From positions 1,901,447-1,965,446 of the forward strand of contig OY762926.1 in assembly GCA_963666735.1 (NCBI GenBank): a stretch of DNA of 64,000 nucleotides. The letters run 5' to 3'. The position numbers and the translations under genes are program-made. The DNA is from Gemmatimonadota bacterium (GTDB lineage: Bacteria > Gemmatimonadota > Gemmatimonadetes > Palauibacterales > Palauibacteraceae). The notes under the pieces are model-generated. The model had not been told where the DNA came from. It searched no databases and was given only the letters and a program-made list of their open reading frames with translations. This document shows, piece after piece, positions 23,116-36,877 of this stretch. The first letter of the stretch is position 1, and every line of letters starts with the position of its first letter.

Positions 23116-25731
23116 CGTCTCTCTCCGTTGCGCCGGATGGAGTCTCGGGCACGTGCCCACGAGTACTTCACAAGTTCACTGGCATTCAGCGTTCGCACGG
23201 CGAGCACGACGGGGGCCGCAGTGCCGCTCGCAACGAGTCCGAAGGGGGCCTCGACCTTGGTGTACTTCAGGAATCGGCCATGTGAGTCGAACCGGAGCAG
23301 GAGCCGTTCGTCGGTCCCGCGGTGCGCCAGAGTCTGCACGTATTCGGGCCCGACGGCGACGACCGAGGTCGAACTCCAGATGCCGGGATCCAGCCGCAAT
23401 GATTGGGCCACGGCATCGGCGAACCAATCAGGATTGACCCGTTCAAGCTTCTCGGGCACCCAATCGATGGCGTTCCCGATACGCCACACCCGAAAGGGGC
23501 TGGAACCCTGCCACACAAGGGCTTCTCGCCCAGCCCCCCCAAGTGCGACAGTCCTCGCGTAAGCGGAATCCGGCGTCCAAGTACCGTTGCCCGCTGGCAG
23601 TTGCAGGTGGGACGGCATCGAATCGGAACCGGAGATTGCGACGATCCACCCGGTGGTTGTCCACGCCGCCGCGCTGGCTTCCCGCGATCCCGGTAGGCGG
23701 CGCCGAGTATGTGCGACGCCCGCAGTATCGGTGGCGACCACCTCGCCGCTCGCGGCATCCACGATCTCCAGATCCTTCTCGTTCAGGAACTGAACGCCGA
23801 TCGCGCGCCCCACGTCGGCAGCGAGGATGTCTCTCGAAGCGGATCCACGGTACACGCGAACGCCCGGAGTTCCGGCGAACCAGGCGACGATCAGGTCGCC
23901 CGACGGCGAGAGCGCTGCGCCGCTGAGCAGGCGATCTTCCGGGAGAGCGATGGCGGCTCGCTCGGTGAACTCGATTCCCTCTCTGCCAACACGCGCGAGA
24001 CACGAGAGGAGCAAGAGATTAGAGTAGGGCGAGACAGAGAGATTGAGGATGGAACGAGGAGAAGGAATGAAGGTGAACGGAACGCCCCTCTCTTCAGGGG
24101 AGGGCGGGCGAAGCGCGGCGGCTTCCGCGGCGGATCCGGAGGTGTCGGCGAAGGCGACGCGGCGGCGCTTCACGGCGGCGTACAAGCTGTCGATCGTCGA
24201 GGAGGCGGACGCCTGCGAGACGTCGGGCGAGATCGGAGCGTTGCTTCGGCGCGAGGGATTGTACGGCTCGCACCTGTCGGCGTGGCGGAAAGCGGCGCGG
24301 GAGGGATCGCTGCGGGGGCTGGCGAAGAGACGCGGACCGAAGCCCTCGGGCGGGAAGCGTGAGGCGAGGAGGGTGCGGAAGCTGGAGCGGGAGAACGCGC
24401 GGTTGCGCGAGGAACTCCGCAAGGCGCGCATCATCATCGATGTCCAGGGAAAAGTTGCGGGGCTGCCGGGCGTGAGCCCCGGGGACGGGAAGCGCTCTTG
24501 AGCGCGGCCGGAGGCTTGGCCGGGCACGTGGGCGTACGCGCGGCGTGCGAGGCCCTCGGGGTCGCGCGCGCCACGTTCTACCGTCGCCGGAGGCCGAAGA
24601 CCGGGCGGCGGCGGCCCCGGCCGGCTCCCGCCCGGGCCCTGGACGCGGCGGAGCGGGCGGAGGTCTTCGGCGTGCTGTGCTCGCCGCGCTTCGCCGACCG
24701 CGCGCCGGCGGAGGTGTACGCGACGCTGCTGGACGAGGGCGTCTATCTGTGTTCGGAGCGGACGATGTACCGGATCCTGGCCGAGAACCGGGCGGTCCGC
24801 GAGCGCCGGGCTCAGCGCAGCCATCCCAACCACCCGAAGCCCGAGGTGGTGGCCAAGGCACCGAACGAGGTGTGGTCTTGGGACATCGCCCGGCTGCTGG
24901 CGCCGGAGAAGTGGCGGTACTTCTATCTGTACGTGATCCTGGACATCTACAGCCGCTACGTCACCGGATGGATGGTGGCGGAGCGCGAGACCGCAGGCCT
25001 GGCCGGACACTTGGTCGGCGAGACGTGTCTCAGGCACGGTGTGCGGCCCCGGGTCCTCACGCTGCACTCGGATCGGGGATCCCCCATGACGGCCAAGTGC
25101 ACGGCGCAGCTCCTGGCCGACCTGGGCGTCACGCAGTCGCTGGGCCGCCCCAGGGTCTCGAACGACAACCCGTACTCGGAGGCGCACTTCAAGACCCTCA
25201 AGTATCACCCGGGCTTCCCCGGTCGGTTCGGCTGCATCGAGGAGGCGAAGGACTTCTGCCGGGAGTTCTTCCAGTGGTACAACACCCAACACCGCCACGG
25301 CGGCATCGGCCTGCTCACCCCCGAGCAGGTCCACCTCGGCCGCGCCCCCGAGGTGATCGAGCAACGGCGGAACGTGCTGGCCGCGGCCTACGCCGCCCGC
25401 CCCGACCGCTTCGTCGTCGGCCCGCCGAGGGCTGTGGAACTCCCGGAGGAAGTCTGGATCAACCGCGCACTCCCCGTCACGCCGGTTGATGGATCGGAGT
25501 CGGCCAACGGGAGGAAGGAGGCCTCACTAAACTGAATCGGAAAGTGTCTCACATTCGTTGGCAGGTTCCGATTTCCGAGGCCGCCTGTGCCACCGGTTCG
25601 ACGCTCTCCGCCCCTGCCCGCCGGTCATCGGGGATCCCGTCACGAGCGTGCTGTACGTCACCGCATCCCGATGCGAGGGCGCACGCAACGACAGACCACG
25701 TGAACAGATTTTGGATCCGGGCTCTGTGCAT
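23112..25731 (-). pseudogene. Family A lipoprotein interrupted by an IS
   Basis: N-terminal MHRARIQ...ALASGC lipobox; removing the IS restores AASEI-EFTERAAIALP in frame. Confidence 0.85.
23977..25568 (+). mobile_element. IS3-like element (orfA 24067-24501, orfB 24498-25535)
   Basis: RRRFTAAYK HTH orfA; WSWDI, LHSDRGS, SNDNPYSEAHFKTLKY; subterminal IR TGCCAAC..GAGACAC / GTGTCTC..GTTGGCA; CGATT repeated at 23972-23976 and 25569-25573. Confidence 0.88.
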
Positions 25732-25834
25732 TGTCCCATTCCCGATTCCGGGGAACCCGAACATCGACGACTTCGGCATGGTAGCTCGTGTTGCGCGGCA
25801 CCTGCAACCAGAGAGAAAATCGTATCAACTTGAC

Positions 25835-26545
25835 TCAGACTGTGTACTCTTGATCAAGAATGACTACTCGGTCCGATTCGGCCGGAAGGATGGGCCGGAC
25901 ATGGTCCGCCGTGAACGCTGCGAAGAGCCGGTCCGTCGTCAGCCGCTCCAGTTCCCCCGACCGGCGAAGCTCGTATACCCTGAGGACCGAGAGAGCGGCG
26001 AGGAACGCGCCCAGCGTCGTGGCCCCGTTCGCTCGCGCTCCGAACTGCTTGAACAGCGTGACTGGCGCACAGCCCACGTCCCCGGCCAGTTCCCGCACGT
26101 TGCGAACCGGTCGGTCGGCAGCCTGCCGCACCGCATGAACGAGGGCCGCCTGGAGAGCGGAAGGCAACGACGAGCGCTCGAACGATTTCGCCAAGCTCCA
26201 CAGACCCCGTGTCGCGCGCGCGGCGTCGAGGCGGGGCCGGAGACCCGTTCGGTATTCGGTGAACCAGACCATCGCCGCCACACGCACGCGAAGCAGTTGC
26301 CTGGCCAACTGGGGATCGGGATTCGTCACGAGAGCCACCGGCACCCACGGCCGCTCGCGCTCGAACCTCGCCAACAAGTCGATCTGCGCCGGCCGAACCC
26401 GGCCCACGCAAGCGATCACGACCGCCTCGACCTCACGGTCGAAACTGGCGAGCGCTTCGGTGGCGTCCGCCTCCCGGGCGCCGGGGCCCGCGGCTCGGCA
26501 TACCTCCCGGGCTGTCTGCGGCGTGTCCGCGACTACAAGGATCAT
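25835..26545 (-). CDS. Pseudo-receiver + HTH (AraC-like) regulator, copy 1, with an in-frame deletion
   Basis: MILVVADT receiver-like start, VRELAGDVGCAPVTLFKQF HTH; lacks 30 aa present in copy 2. Confidence 0.65.
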   Translation of the reverse strand: MILVVADTPQTAREVCRAAGPGAREADATEALASFDREVEAVVIACVGRVRPAQIDLLARFERERPWVPVALVTNPDPQLARQLLRVRVAAMVWFTEYRTGLRPRLDAARATRGLWSLAKSFERSSLPSALQAALVHAVRQAADRPVRNVRELAGDVGCAPVTLFKQFGARANGATTLGAFLAALSVLRVYELRRSGELERLTTDRLFAAFTADHVRPILPAESDRVVILDQEYTV

Positions 26546-26980
26546 GGCGGCCTCTGCGGCCTCTTCTGAATGGGAACGCGGCGGCGCCCCGCATTCGATG
26601 TACCTCCGGTCTCTACTCTCTAGACGCCATGAGCGAGCGAAACCCCGCACGAGCCGGCCGACCGGATGGCGAACGTTCATCGGCGTTCGTCTCGTAGACT
26701 GCTTGTAACACAATGTGTGGCAGTCGATTAAGAAGGTCGGCGTCTGAGCCCGGGAAGCAGCGGCGGCTGCGGTGGGATCGCCGGTGGCCGTTGCATCGAT
26801 CCCACGAATCGTCGTGGGACTCGGTCGAATTCGGCGCCAAGAGCAGCGGCGGCGTCCCGGTCCGGCTTGAGGCCGGCACCCGGTTGACACCACATTGATG
26901 GACATCTGGAGGTTTGCCATATGCGGACGGCCGCTCCGGCGACGCGTCGCAGTGAACCTTTCAGCGGGAGATTCTGGGCG

Positions 26981-27349
26981 ATGGGGTTTGATGTGATCGG
27001 ACTCATCACGGTGGTGCTGGCCATCATCGGCGTGGGCGTGAAGCTGGAACTGGGCAACCGCAAGCTCGGCGGCCGGGTCGGCAAGATGCGCGACGAACTC
27101 CGGGGTGAGATCCGGGACACGCGCGACGAACTCCGGGGCGAGATCAAGGATGTGCGCGACAAGCTCGGGAACGAGATCGGTGCGCTCCGGGGCGAGATCA
27201 AGGACGTGCGCGACAAGCTCGGGGACGAGATCGGTGCGCTCCGGGGCGAAGTGGCGAAGACGAGCACGTCGGTGGCCCGGCTGGAGGGCCATGCCTTCGG
27301 CATTCCCTTCCCGGACGCCGGCGGCGGCCGAGGGATTGGTCAGGGCTGA
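26981..27349 (+). CDS. Small membrane-anchored coiled-coil repeat protein
   Basis: N-terminal hydrophobic helix, RDELRGEI repeats, VARLEG end. Confidence 0.7.
   Translation: MGFDVIGLITVVLAIIGVGVKLELGNRKLGGRVGKMRDELRGEIRDTRDELRGEIKDVRDKLGNEIGALRGEIKDVRDKLGDEIGALRGEVAKTSTSVARLEGHAFGIPFPDAGGGRGIGQG
27088..27250 (+). repeat. Nested 33-nt and 54-nt coding tandem repeats
   Basis: gcgcgacgaactccgggg twice, 33 nt apart; ctccggggcgagatcaagga...gagatcggtgcg twice, 54 nt apart. Confidence 0.8.
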
Positions 27350-27409
27350 CGGAGAACGGCCGGTGTGATCCGACCGCAACAGCCGGCGCGACGAAACGTG
27401 TTGGTGACG

Positions 27410-28689
<1,280 letters not shown>

Positions 28690-28768
28690 CGGCGAGACAG
28701 CCGCCGCGGTGCGTTACGGCACGATGATTTCCGGGAGGCCTCGGATCCGTTCAATCGTCACCCTGGCG

Positions 28769-29863
28769 TCACCCTGGACTCTCCTCGCGGAGGCTGAGCT
28801 TTACGATGCGCCAGGGCGGGAAACGGGTGTCCGCGAGAAGGTACAGGTGCCGCCCGCCACCCAGAATCTGTGAGTTCTCCGGTAACGGCACGTCCTCGTA
28901 CAGTTTGCGGCCGGTGTGCCGGTCGTAGATGTCGAGCGACGAGTGGTACTCGGTGAAGCCAACCTCGGAGCCAAAGCGTCCGTGTACGACGATTAGGTGA
29001 GACCCCACCACCGCCATCTGCGAGATCGTGCTGTGGCCCCCAAGCAGGTTCGGTATCTGATTGGCGTACGCCCCCGGAGCAAGGGCACCCGGTTCGAACA
29101 CGGGAAGGGGGTCGAACGAAGCCGGGGGAACGCCGATTTCCCCGATCGAGTCGCCCGCCGTGTTCAGGACTGCCACCGGATAGCGGACAGAGGAGGCCGT
29201 ATAGATCGAGTCGCCCGCAACGGCGAACGGAAAGACGACTAGCGAAATCCAATACGGCCTCTCCGCCGGAACGAAGGGATACCGATAAGCGCTCCATGCC
29301 ACTTCGTTGTCCGTTAGCCGGTGCAGCAGCAGAGGACGCCGGAAGAAGCGTGAAGCGTCCTGTGGTCGCTCGGCGGCCCGCATCATCCCCACCAGCAGGT
29401 CGTCGCCCATTCGTATGACGCCCCGCGGGACCCCTGGAAGTTGTACCGTGGTATCGGGCTCGAGTTCTCCGGTCAGGTACGTCAAGCGACCGCTCCGCGA
29501 GCCGAGGACCGCGATCTTGCCAGAGGCAGTCTCGGCCAAACCGTTGATGCCCTGGAACTCGAACGGGCCCTCTCCGAACCGTCCAAAGGCCGCTGCAAGC
29601 CGCCCATCCTCATGGTAGCTGCGGATCCTCGGAAGCCGTCCATCGCTCAGGAGGAAACCGCTTTTCACGCGTTCCGCAAAGATTCCCGGGGTTGCGATCG
29701 AGTCTTGCGGATCCTCACCTAGCGTGATCACCGCTTCGGTTTCGAACACCTCCTCCAGTGCGACCCCGGCCGGCGGCTTGTAATCGGGTCCCGCCGCGCA
29801 CGCCGTAATCGCCAGACCGGCCGCGAACGGAGCCGGACAGCTCGCTCGCGCAGCCGCCCGCAT
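28769..29863 (-). CDS. Beta-propeller lipoprotein, family F copy 2
   Basis: Lipobox AITAC, FGRFGEGPFEF, DTRFPPWRIVKL. Confidence 0.78.
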   Translation of the reverse strand: MRAAARASCPAPFAAGLAITACAAGPDYKPPAGVALEEVFETEAVITLGEDPQDSIATPGIFAERVKSGFLLSDGRLPRIRSYHEDGRLAAAFGRFGEGPFEFQGINGLAETASGKIAVLGSRSGRLTYLTGELEPDTTVQLPGVPRGVIRMGDDLLVGMMRAAERPQDASRFFRRPLLLHRLTDNEVAWSAYRYPFVPAERPYWISLVVFPFAVAGDSIYTASSVRYPVAVLNTAGDSIGEIGVPPASFDPLPVFEPGALAPGAYANQIPNLLGGHSTISQMAVVGSHLIVVHGRFGSEVGFTEYHSSLDIYDRHTGRKLYEDVPLPENSQILGGGRHLYLLADTRFPPWRIVKLSLREESPG

Positions 29864-29879
29864 GAGAGCGATCACGAGC

Positions 29880-30137
29880 TTACCGGACGACGATCTCAGG
29901 CAGGCAGCAAACCTCCCACGTCGTCCAGCACGCCGAGCCTTCACATGTTTCCCACCAAGGGTCGCGATGCTGGAGGTCCACACACGGGCCAACTTCCTCC
30001 TCCCATTCCTCGACGCACGGGTCCCCACTGTCCTGTCCTTTCAGGGCCGAGGGGCCGACGGTCGTCGATGCGACCGCGAAGATGAGAGCCACCGCGAATG
30101 CGGTAGCGATACGTATGAACCGCGAGAACCTGTCCAT
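29880..30137 (-). CDS. Small secreted six-Cys peptide precursor (family E)
   Basis: AGGAGG RBS, signal-like leader, acidic Trp-rich core with 6 Cys ending CCLPEIVVR. Confidence 0.75.
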   Translation of the reverse strand: MDRFSRFIRIATAFAVALIFAVASTTVGPSALKGQDSGDPCVEEWEEEVGPCVDLQHRDPWWETCEGSACWTTWEVCCLPEIVVR

Positions 30138-30161
30138 TCTTCCCTCCTAACGGGATTCGAG

Positions 30162-30758
30162 TTAACTGCGGATGACGCCAGTGGAGAGAGTCCCCCGCAA
30201 GGCGCCGACCTGAGCTTCAAAGCTCCAGCCGCAGTCCGAGCCGACAGCCCTGGAATCGGCCATCACTACGACTCCGGCGCCATCAATGAGTAGCTTCGTG
30301 TTCGGGAGAAGTGGACCCAACGCTGCTTGCACGTCCCGTCGTCGCGCTTCCGTGAGGGCCGTGCCCCGCAGGGACCGACGCCCATCCTCCGGTACGTCAT
30401 CCGTATCAAACACTACGACATGGCGCCGCAACGAATCGTCGTCTCCGAGGGCATTCCAAACGGCGGGCCTGCCACTCAGGCACGTCTGACAGCGTGCCAA
30501 ATCGACGATCCAAACCAGGTGCGCCTCCGCAGGATCCGGTTCTTCGAGTCCGAGCCACGACAGGGACACCGCCCTTCCGACCAGGCGATCCCGGACGCTC
30601 GACCGCTCTGCGAGCGGAGCCGTCGACTGCAGCGTCGCCGCGAGCTCGCGGTTCGACGCGGCCGTGTTCCAGACCGCGACCGCGCCGCAAAGCACCAGGG
30701 CGAACACAGCCAAGTCCAGAACCTTCCTGAAGGATTTTCCTGCAGCCATGAGCCCCAT
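30162..30758 (-). CDS. Membrane-anchored CxxC (thioredoxin-like) protein, family D
   Basis: N-terminal TM helix, LVWIVDLARCQTCL, LPNTKLLIDGAGVV; the fold is inferred. Confidence 0.65.
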   Translation of the reverse strand: MGLMAAGKSFRKVLDLAVFALVLCGAVAVWNTAASNRELAATLQSTAPLAERSSVRDRLVGRAVSLSWLGLEEPDPAEAHLVWIVDLARCQTCLSGRPAVWNALGDDDSLRRHVVVFDTDDVPEDGRRSLRGTALTEARRRDVQAALGPLLPNTKLLIDGAGVVVMADSRAVGSDCGWSFEAQVGALRGTLSTGVIRS

Positions 30759-30855
30759 CCGCCTGCGATGAAACCGGGTTTCTCCTCGGGCTCAAACTGT
30801 ATTCCCCAGCGAGGTTACGGCAACGGCTATAGTGTATCGGTTTTGCTCAAATCGA

Positions 30856-31647
30856 CTACTCTTGGTCGAAAGTGAATACTCCGACCGATTCTGCAGGCAG
30901 GATCGGTCGGACATGTTCCGCCGTGAACGCCGCGAAGAGTGGGTCCGGGGCCATCCGCTCAAGCTCCCCGAGCGGGCAGCCCGGCCATGCGCGCACCCTT
31001 CGGGCCAAGGTTGCCCGGTGTATCTCCGTGCGGTGTAGCACGCGCTTCCAGCCTAAACCCGACCGGCGAAGCTCATGCACCCTGAGAACCGATAGAGCGC
31101 GGAGGAAAGCGCTCAGCGTGGTCGCACCGTCTGCTCGCGTTCCGAACTGCCGGAACAGCGTGACGGGTGCGCAGCCCACGTCCCGGGCCAGTTCCCGCAC
31201 GTTGCGAACCGGTCGGTCGGCCGCCTGCCGCGCCGCATGAACGAGGGCCTTCTGGAGAGAGGAAGGCAACGACGTGCGTTCGAACGATTCCGCCAGGCTC
31301 CACAGGCCCCAAGTCGCACGCAAGGCGTCGAGCCGGGGTCGGAGACGGGTCCGGCGTTCGGTGAACCAGACCACTGCCGCCACACGCACGCGAAGCAGTT
31401 TCCGGGCCAACTCGGGGTCGGGATTCGTCACGAGCACCACCGGCACCCACGGCCGGTCACGCTCGAACCTCGCCAACAGGCGGACCTGCTCGGGCCGAAC
31501 CCGGCCATGGCAAGCGACCACCACCGCCTCAACCTTACCGTCGAGAGTGGCGAGCGCTTCGGTCGCGTCCGCCACACGGGCGCCGGGGCCCGCGGCTCGG
31601 CCTACGTCCCGGGCTGTCTGGAGCGTGTCCGCGACCACAAGGATCAT
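30856..31647 (-). CDS. Pseudo-receiver + HTH (AraC-like) regulator, copy 2 (full length)
   Basis: Paralog of 25835-26545 with a second HTH-like segment WKRVLHRTEIHRATLARRVR. Confidence 0.68.
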   Translation of the reverse strand: MILVVADTLQTARDVGRAAGPGARVADATEALATLDGKVEAVVVACHGRVRPEQVRLLARFERDRPWVPVVLVTNPDPELARKLLRVRVAAVVWFTERRTRLRPRLDALRATWGLWSLAESFERTSLPSSLQKALVHAARQAADRPVRNVRELARDVGCAPVTLFRQFGTRADGATTLSAFLRALSVLRVHELRRSGLGWKRVLHRTEIHRATLARRVRAWPGCPLGELERMAPDPLFAAFTAEHVRPILPAESVGVFTFDQE

Positions 31648-31770
31648 GTTGGCTTCTTCCGAACGGGGTGGTTTTTCCCATGTTCTCGCATGCCGCTTGT
31701 ATCGCACCGAATGACGAGCGACTGGAACGAAGGGTTTCCGAGGTCGGAAGACAGGGGTGGGCCTTGGCCA

Positions 31771-32025
<255 letters not shown>

Positions 32026-32199
32026 CCGTAGAGCAGCCGACATGGTGCGCTACGGTACGATCTCGTAGCGCAGAAACCGGGGCAACTCCACCTTGCTTCC
32101 TGTACGCCGCCGGGGGGCTGAACCTTACATCCGTCTTCCGGCTCTTGCGATCCGCCGCACCCGGGGTGCGGTCTCGTTTCCGGAGTACCGTTCCCGCGG

Positions 32200-33045
32200 C
32201 TACGGGAACCGGCGGATCGACTCGGCGACGAGGCGCTGGAAGCCGGCTTGGGCGAGTTTCGTCGTCTCGAGCACTTCCTCGTGATTCAGCGGCTCGTCGA
32301 GGACGCCCGCCGCGTAGTTCGTGAGGCAGGAGACGGCCACGCAGCGGATGCCGAGGGCACGCGCCGCGATCACCTCCGGTACCGTGGACATGCCGACGGC
32401 GCCGGCGCCCAGCGTTCGCAGCATGCGGATCTCGGCGGGGGTTTCGAAGGCGGGACCGTGCATCGCCGCGTAGACGCCCTCGTGCAGCGTCTGCCCGAGC
32501 TCGGCCGCGGTCTCGCGCAAGATCACACGTAGTTCGCGGTCGTAGGCGAAGGTCAGGTCGGGGAAGCGATTCTCCGTCCCCACGACGGAACCGATGAGGG
32601 GGCTCGTGCCGGTCAGGTTCAGGTGGTCCGAGATCAGCATCAGTTCGCCGGGGTGCCAGCCCTCGCGGATCGCCCCGGCCGCGTTCGAGAGGAAGAGGAC
32701 GGGGATCCCCAGCGCCGCCGCGACCCGCACGTAGAAGACGACGCGGTCCGGCGGGCCGCCCTCGTAGAGGTGGACGCGTCCGCCGAGGCCCAGCACGGGC
32801 CGGCCGCCGAGCGTCCCGATCAAGGCGTGCCCGGCGTGCCCGGTCACCGTCGGGCGGGGCCAGCCGGGAAGATCCTCGTATGGCACCCGCACGGGATCCT
32901 CGATCTCCGCGCCGAGCCCGCCGAGCCCCGAACCCATTGTGACCGCGACATCCGGCACGGCGCCGTCCAGCCGGTCCTCGATGCGGGCTCGCAGCGCCGC
33001 AGCCGCCGCCTCGACGCCGGCCTGGATGTCGGCGGCGCGGGTCAA
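32200..33045 (-). CDS. punA: Purine nucleoside phosphorylase (trimeric type)
   Basis: GSGLGG, GHAG, GRVHLYEG, SNAAG, GPAFETPAE, VGMSTVPE; TTGA overlap with nupC. Confidence 0.93.
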   Translation of the reverse strand: MTRAADIQAGVEAAAAALRARIEDRLDGAVPDVAVTMGSGLGGLGAEIEDPVRVPYEDLPGWPRPTVTGHAGHALIGTLGGRPVLGLGGRVHLYEGGPPDRVVFYVRVAAALGIPVLFLSNAAGAIREGWHPGELMLISDHLNLTGTSPLIGSVVGTENRFPDLTFAYDRELRVILRETAAELGQTLHEGVYAAMHGPAFETPAEIRMLRTLGAGAVGMSTVPEVIAARALGIRCVAVSCLTNYAAGVLDEPLNHEEVLETTKLAQAGFQRLVAESIRRFP

Positions 33046-34460
33046 GCGAGGACGCCGGCCAGCGTCGCCGTCATCCACGTCGCCACGGTACCCCCCAGCA
33101 TCGCCCGCAGGCCGAGCTTCGACAGGTCCTCGCGGCGGGCCGGCGCGATCCCGCCGATACCCCCGATCTGGATCGCGATCGAGCTGAAGTTCGCGAAGCC
33201 CGTCAGCGCGTACGTGCACATGATGAGCGACTTGTTCGAGAGCTGCAGGTCGCCGCCGAGCCCGGCCCCGAGGTTGGTGAAGGCGAGGAACTCGTTCGCG
33301 ACCATCTTCACACCGAACAGCGTTCCGACCTCGGCCGCGTCGGCCCACGGCACGCCGATGAGCCAGGCCACCGGCGCGAAGACCCAGCCGAAGATCCGCT
33401 CGAGCGTGATGCCCTCCACGCCGAACAGCCCCGTCACCCAGCCGATGATGCCGTTCCCCAGGGCGATGATGGCGAGGAAGGCGAGGAGCATGGCTCCCAC
33501 GTTCAGGGCGAGCTTCAGCCCGTCCCCGGCCCCCCCCGCCGCCGCGTCGATCACGTTCGCGTGCGCCTGCGGCGGGTCGATGTCCAGCGTGCCGCGCGTC
33601 TCGGGCTCTTCCGTCTCGGGCATCAGCATCTTGCTCACCACGACCCCCGCCGGAGCCGCCATGATGCTCGCCGCCAGCAGGTGCCCCGCGATGCCCGGGA
33701 ACACCCCCACGAGGATCGCCACGTACGCCGCCAGCGCCCCACCCGCCACGGTCGCGAAGCCCCCCGTCATCACCGTGTTGAGTTCCGACATCGTCATCCG
33801 GTCCACGAAGGGCCGGATGAGGAGGGGCGCCTCCGTCTGGCCGACGAAAATGTTGCCGGCGGCCGAGGTCGTCTCGGCGCCGCTCGTCCCGAGGGTCCGC
33901 TGCATCGCCCAGGCGACGCCCCGCACGACGCGCTGCATGAACCCCAGGTGATAGGCGAGGGCCATGAGAGAGGAGAAGAAGATGATCGTGGGCAGGACGC
34001 TGAAGGCGAAATTCGCGCCGATGTTCACGATGCCGCCCGCGCCTCCGTCGACCGGCGTCGAGCGATCCACGAGCGACCCGAACACGAAGCGCGACCCCTC
34101 GTTCGTATAGCCGATGAGGGCGACGAACACGTCGTTGACGGCGCTGAAGAAGGTTCGGCCGATCCCCGTCTTGAGGACCAGGAGGGCGAACGCAACCTGA
34201 AGCCCGAGCCCCTTCGCGACGAGGGGCCACGAGATCGACTTCCGGTGCGCGGAGCAGAGCCACACGGTCGTGAGCAGGAACGCGATCCCGAGCAGGCCCC
34301 GCGCCAAACGCGAGAAGAAGGGTTCGTCGATCGTGCCGCCCACCCCCTCGAGCCCCTGCGCCGCCAGCGGCGCCGCCGTCGCGGCCAGCAAGAGGCAGAA
34401 CGCCGCGGTTGCGGCCGCCGCGGCCAGTGCGGAGCGGCGTGGGTCGCGACGCTGGGACAT
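33042..34460 (-). CDS. nupC: Concentrative nucleoside transporter (CNT/NupC)
   Basis: [47 protein letters not shown]. Confidence 0.93.
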   Translation of the reverse strand: MSQRRDPRRSALAAAAATAAFCLLLAATAAPLAAQGLEGVGGTIDEPFFSRLARGLLGIAFLLTTVWLCSAHRKSISWPLVAKGLGLQVAFALLVLKTGIGRTFFSAVNDVFVALIGYTNEGSRFVFGSLVDRSTPVDGGAGGIVNIGANFAFSVLPTIIFFSSLMALAYHLGFMQRVVRGVAWAMQRTLGTSGAETTSAAGNIFVGQTEAPLLIRPFVDRMTMSELNTVMTGGFATVAGGALAAYVAILVGVFPGIAGHLLAASIMAAPAGVVVSKMLMPETEEPETRGTLDIDPPQAHANVIDAAAGGAGDGLKLALNVGAMLLAFLAIIALGNGIIGWVTGLFGVEGITLERIFGWVFAPVAWLIGVPWADAAEVGTLFGVKMVANEFLAFTNLGAGLGGDLQLSNKSLIMCTYALTGFANFSSIAIQIGGIGGIAPARREDLSKLGLRAMLGGTVATWMTATLAGVLA

Positions 34461-34547
34461 CGGCGCACTCCGGTTGAGGTTCGCGGCGACGGGAGCCGCG
34501 GAAACATATCCCGTCCCGTCTTCCGCGCCACGCGACACCCGCTTCCA

Positions 34548-34601
34548 TGCCAATTTGGCACCCAACGCCGACCGACCGTGCCGGCGAGTGCCATTTTGTC
34601 G
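34548..34601. promoter_or_regulatory. Candidate enhancer (UAS) pair upstream of dnaK
   Basis: Palindrome TGCCAA-T-TTGGCA (34548-34560) and a variant TGCCATTTTGTCG (34589-34601). Confidence 0.5.
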
Positions 34602-34631
34602 GAAAAGTCGGCGTACCGGCGGGCCGCGGCG

Positions 34632-34647
34632 CGGCACGGCGATTGCA
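34632..34647 (+). promoter_or_regulatory. Sigma54 -24/-12 promoter of dnaK
   Basis: CGGCACGGCGATTGCA fits YGGCACG-N4-TTGCW (GG-N10-GC). Confidence 0.65.
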
Positions 34648-34773
34648 ACGTGCTTCTTCCTGTTCGCGGGTGCGCGCCGGAAACGAGGCGCCGCTCCGTG
34701 CGATTCGGATGTGGTTCGGACTGGGACGAAACCAGCGGAAACAGCAGACCAGCACAAAGCCAAGGACAATCGA

Positions 34774-36714
<1,941 letters not shown>

Positions 36715-36738
36715 TCCCCGGCGCGGTTCCGGCGGCCC

Positions 36739-36777
36739 GCGACCCGGGAGCCCGGCCCTCTGGCAACCCCGGGTCGC
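36739..36777 (+). terminator. Stem-loop after dnaK
   Basis: GCGACCCGGG ... CCCGGGTCGC inverted repeat; no U-tract. Confidence 0.35.
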
Positions 36778-36877
36778 GCACCGCTCATCCTATGTGCACG
36801 GCGGAAGGAAACGCTAAGTTTGATTCGATATACTGTTCGGCTGTGCGGTGACGCGGCCGGGAGAGGGAGATGGAGGA

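Noticed and set aside
34555-34594. CIRCE/HrcA operator before dnaK
   Set aside because: TTGGCACCC and GAGTGCCAT resemble the arms but are 22 nt apart rather than 9.
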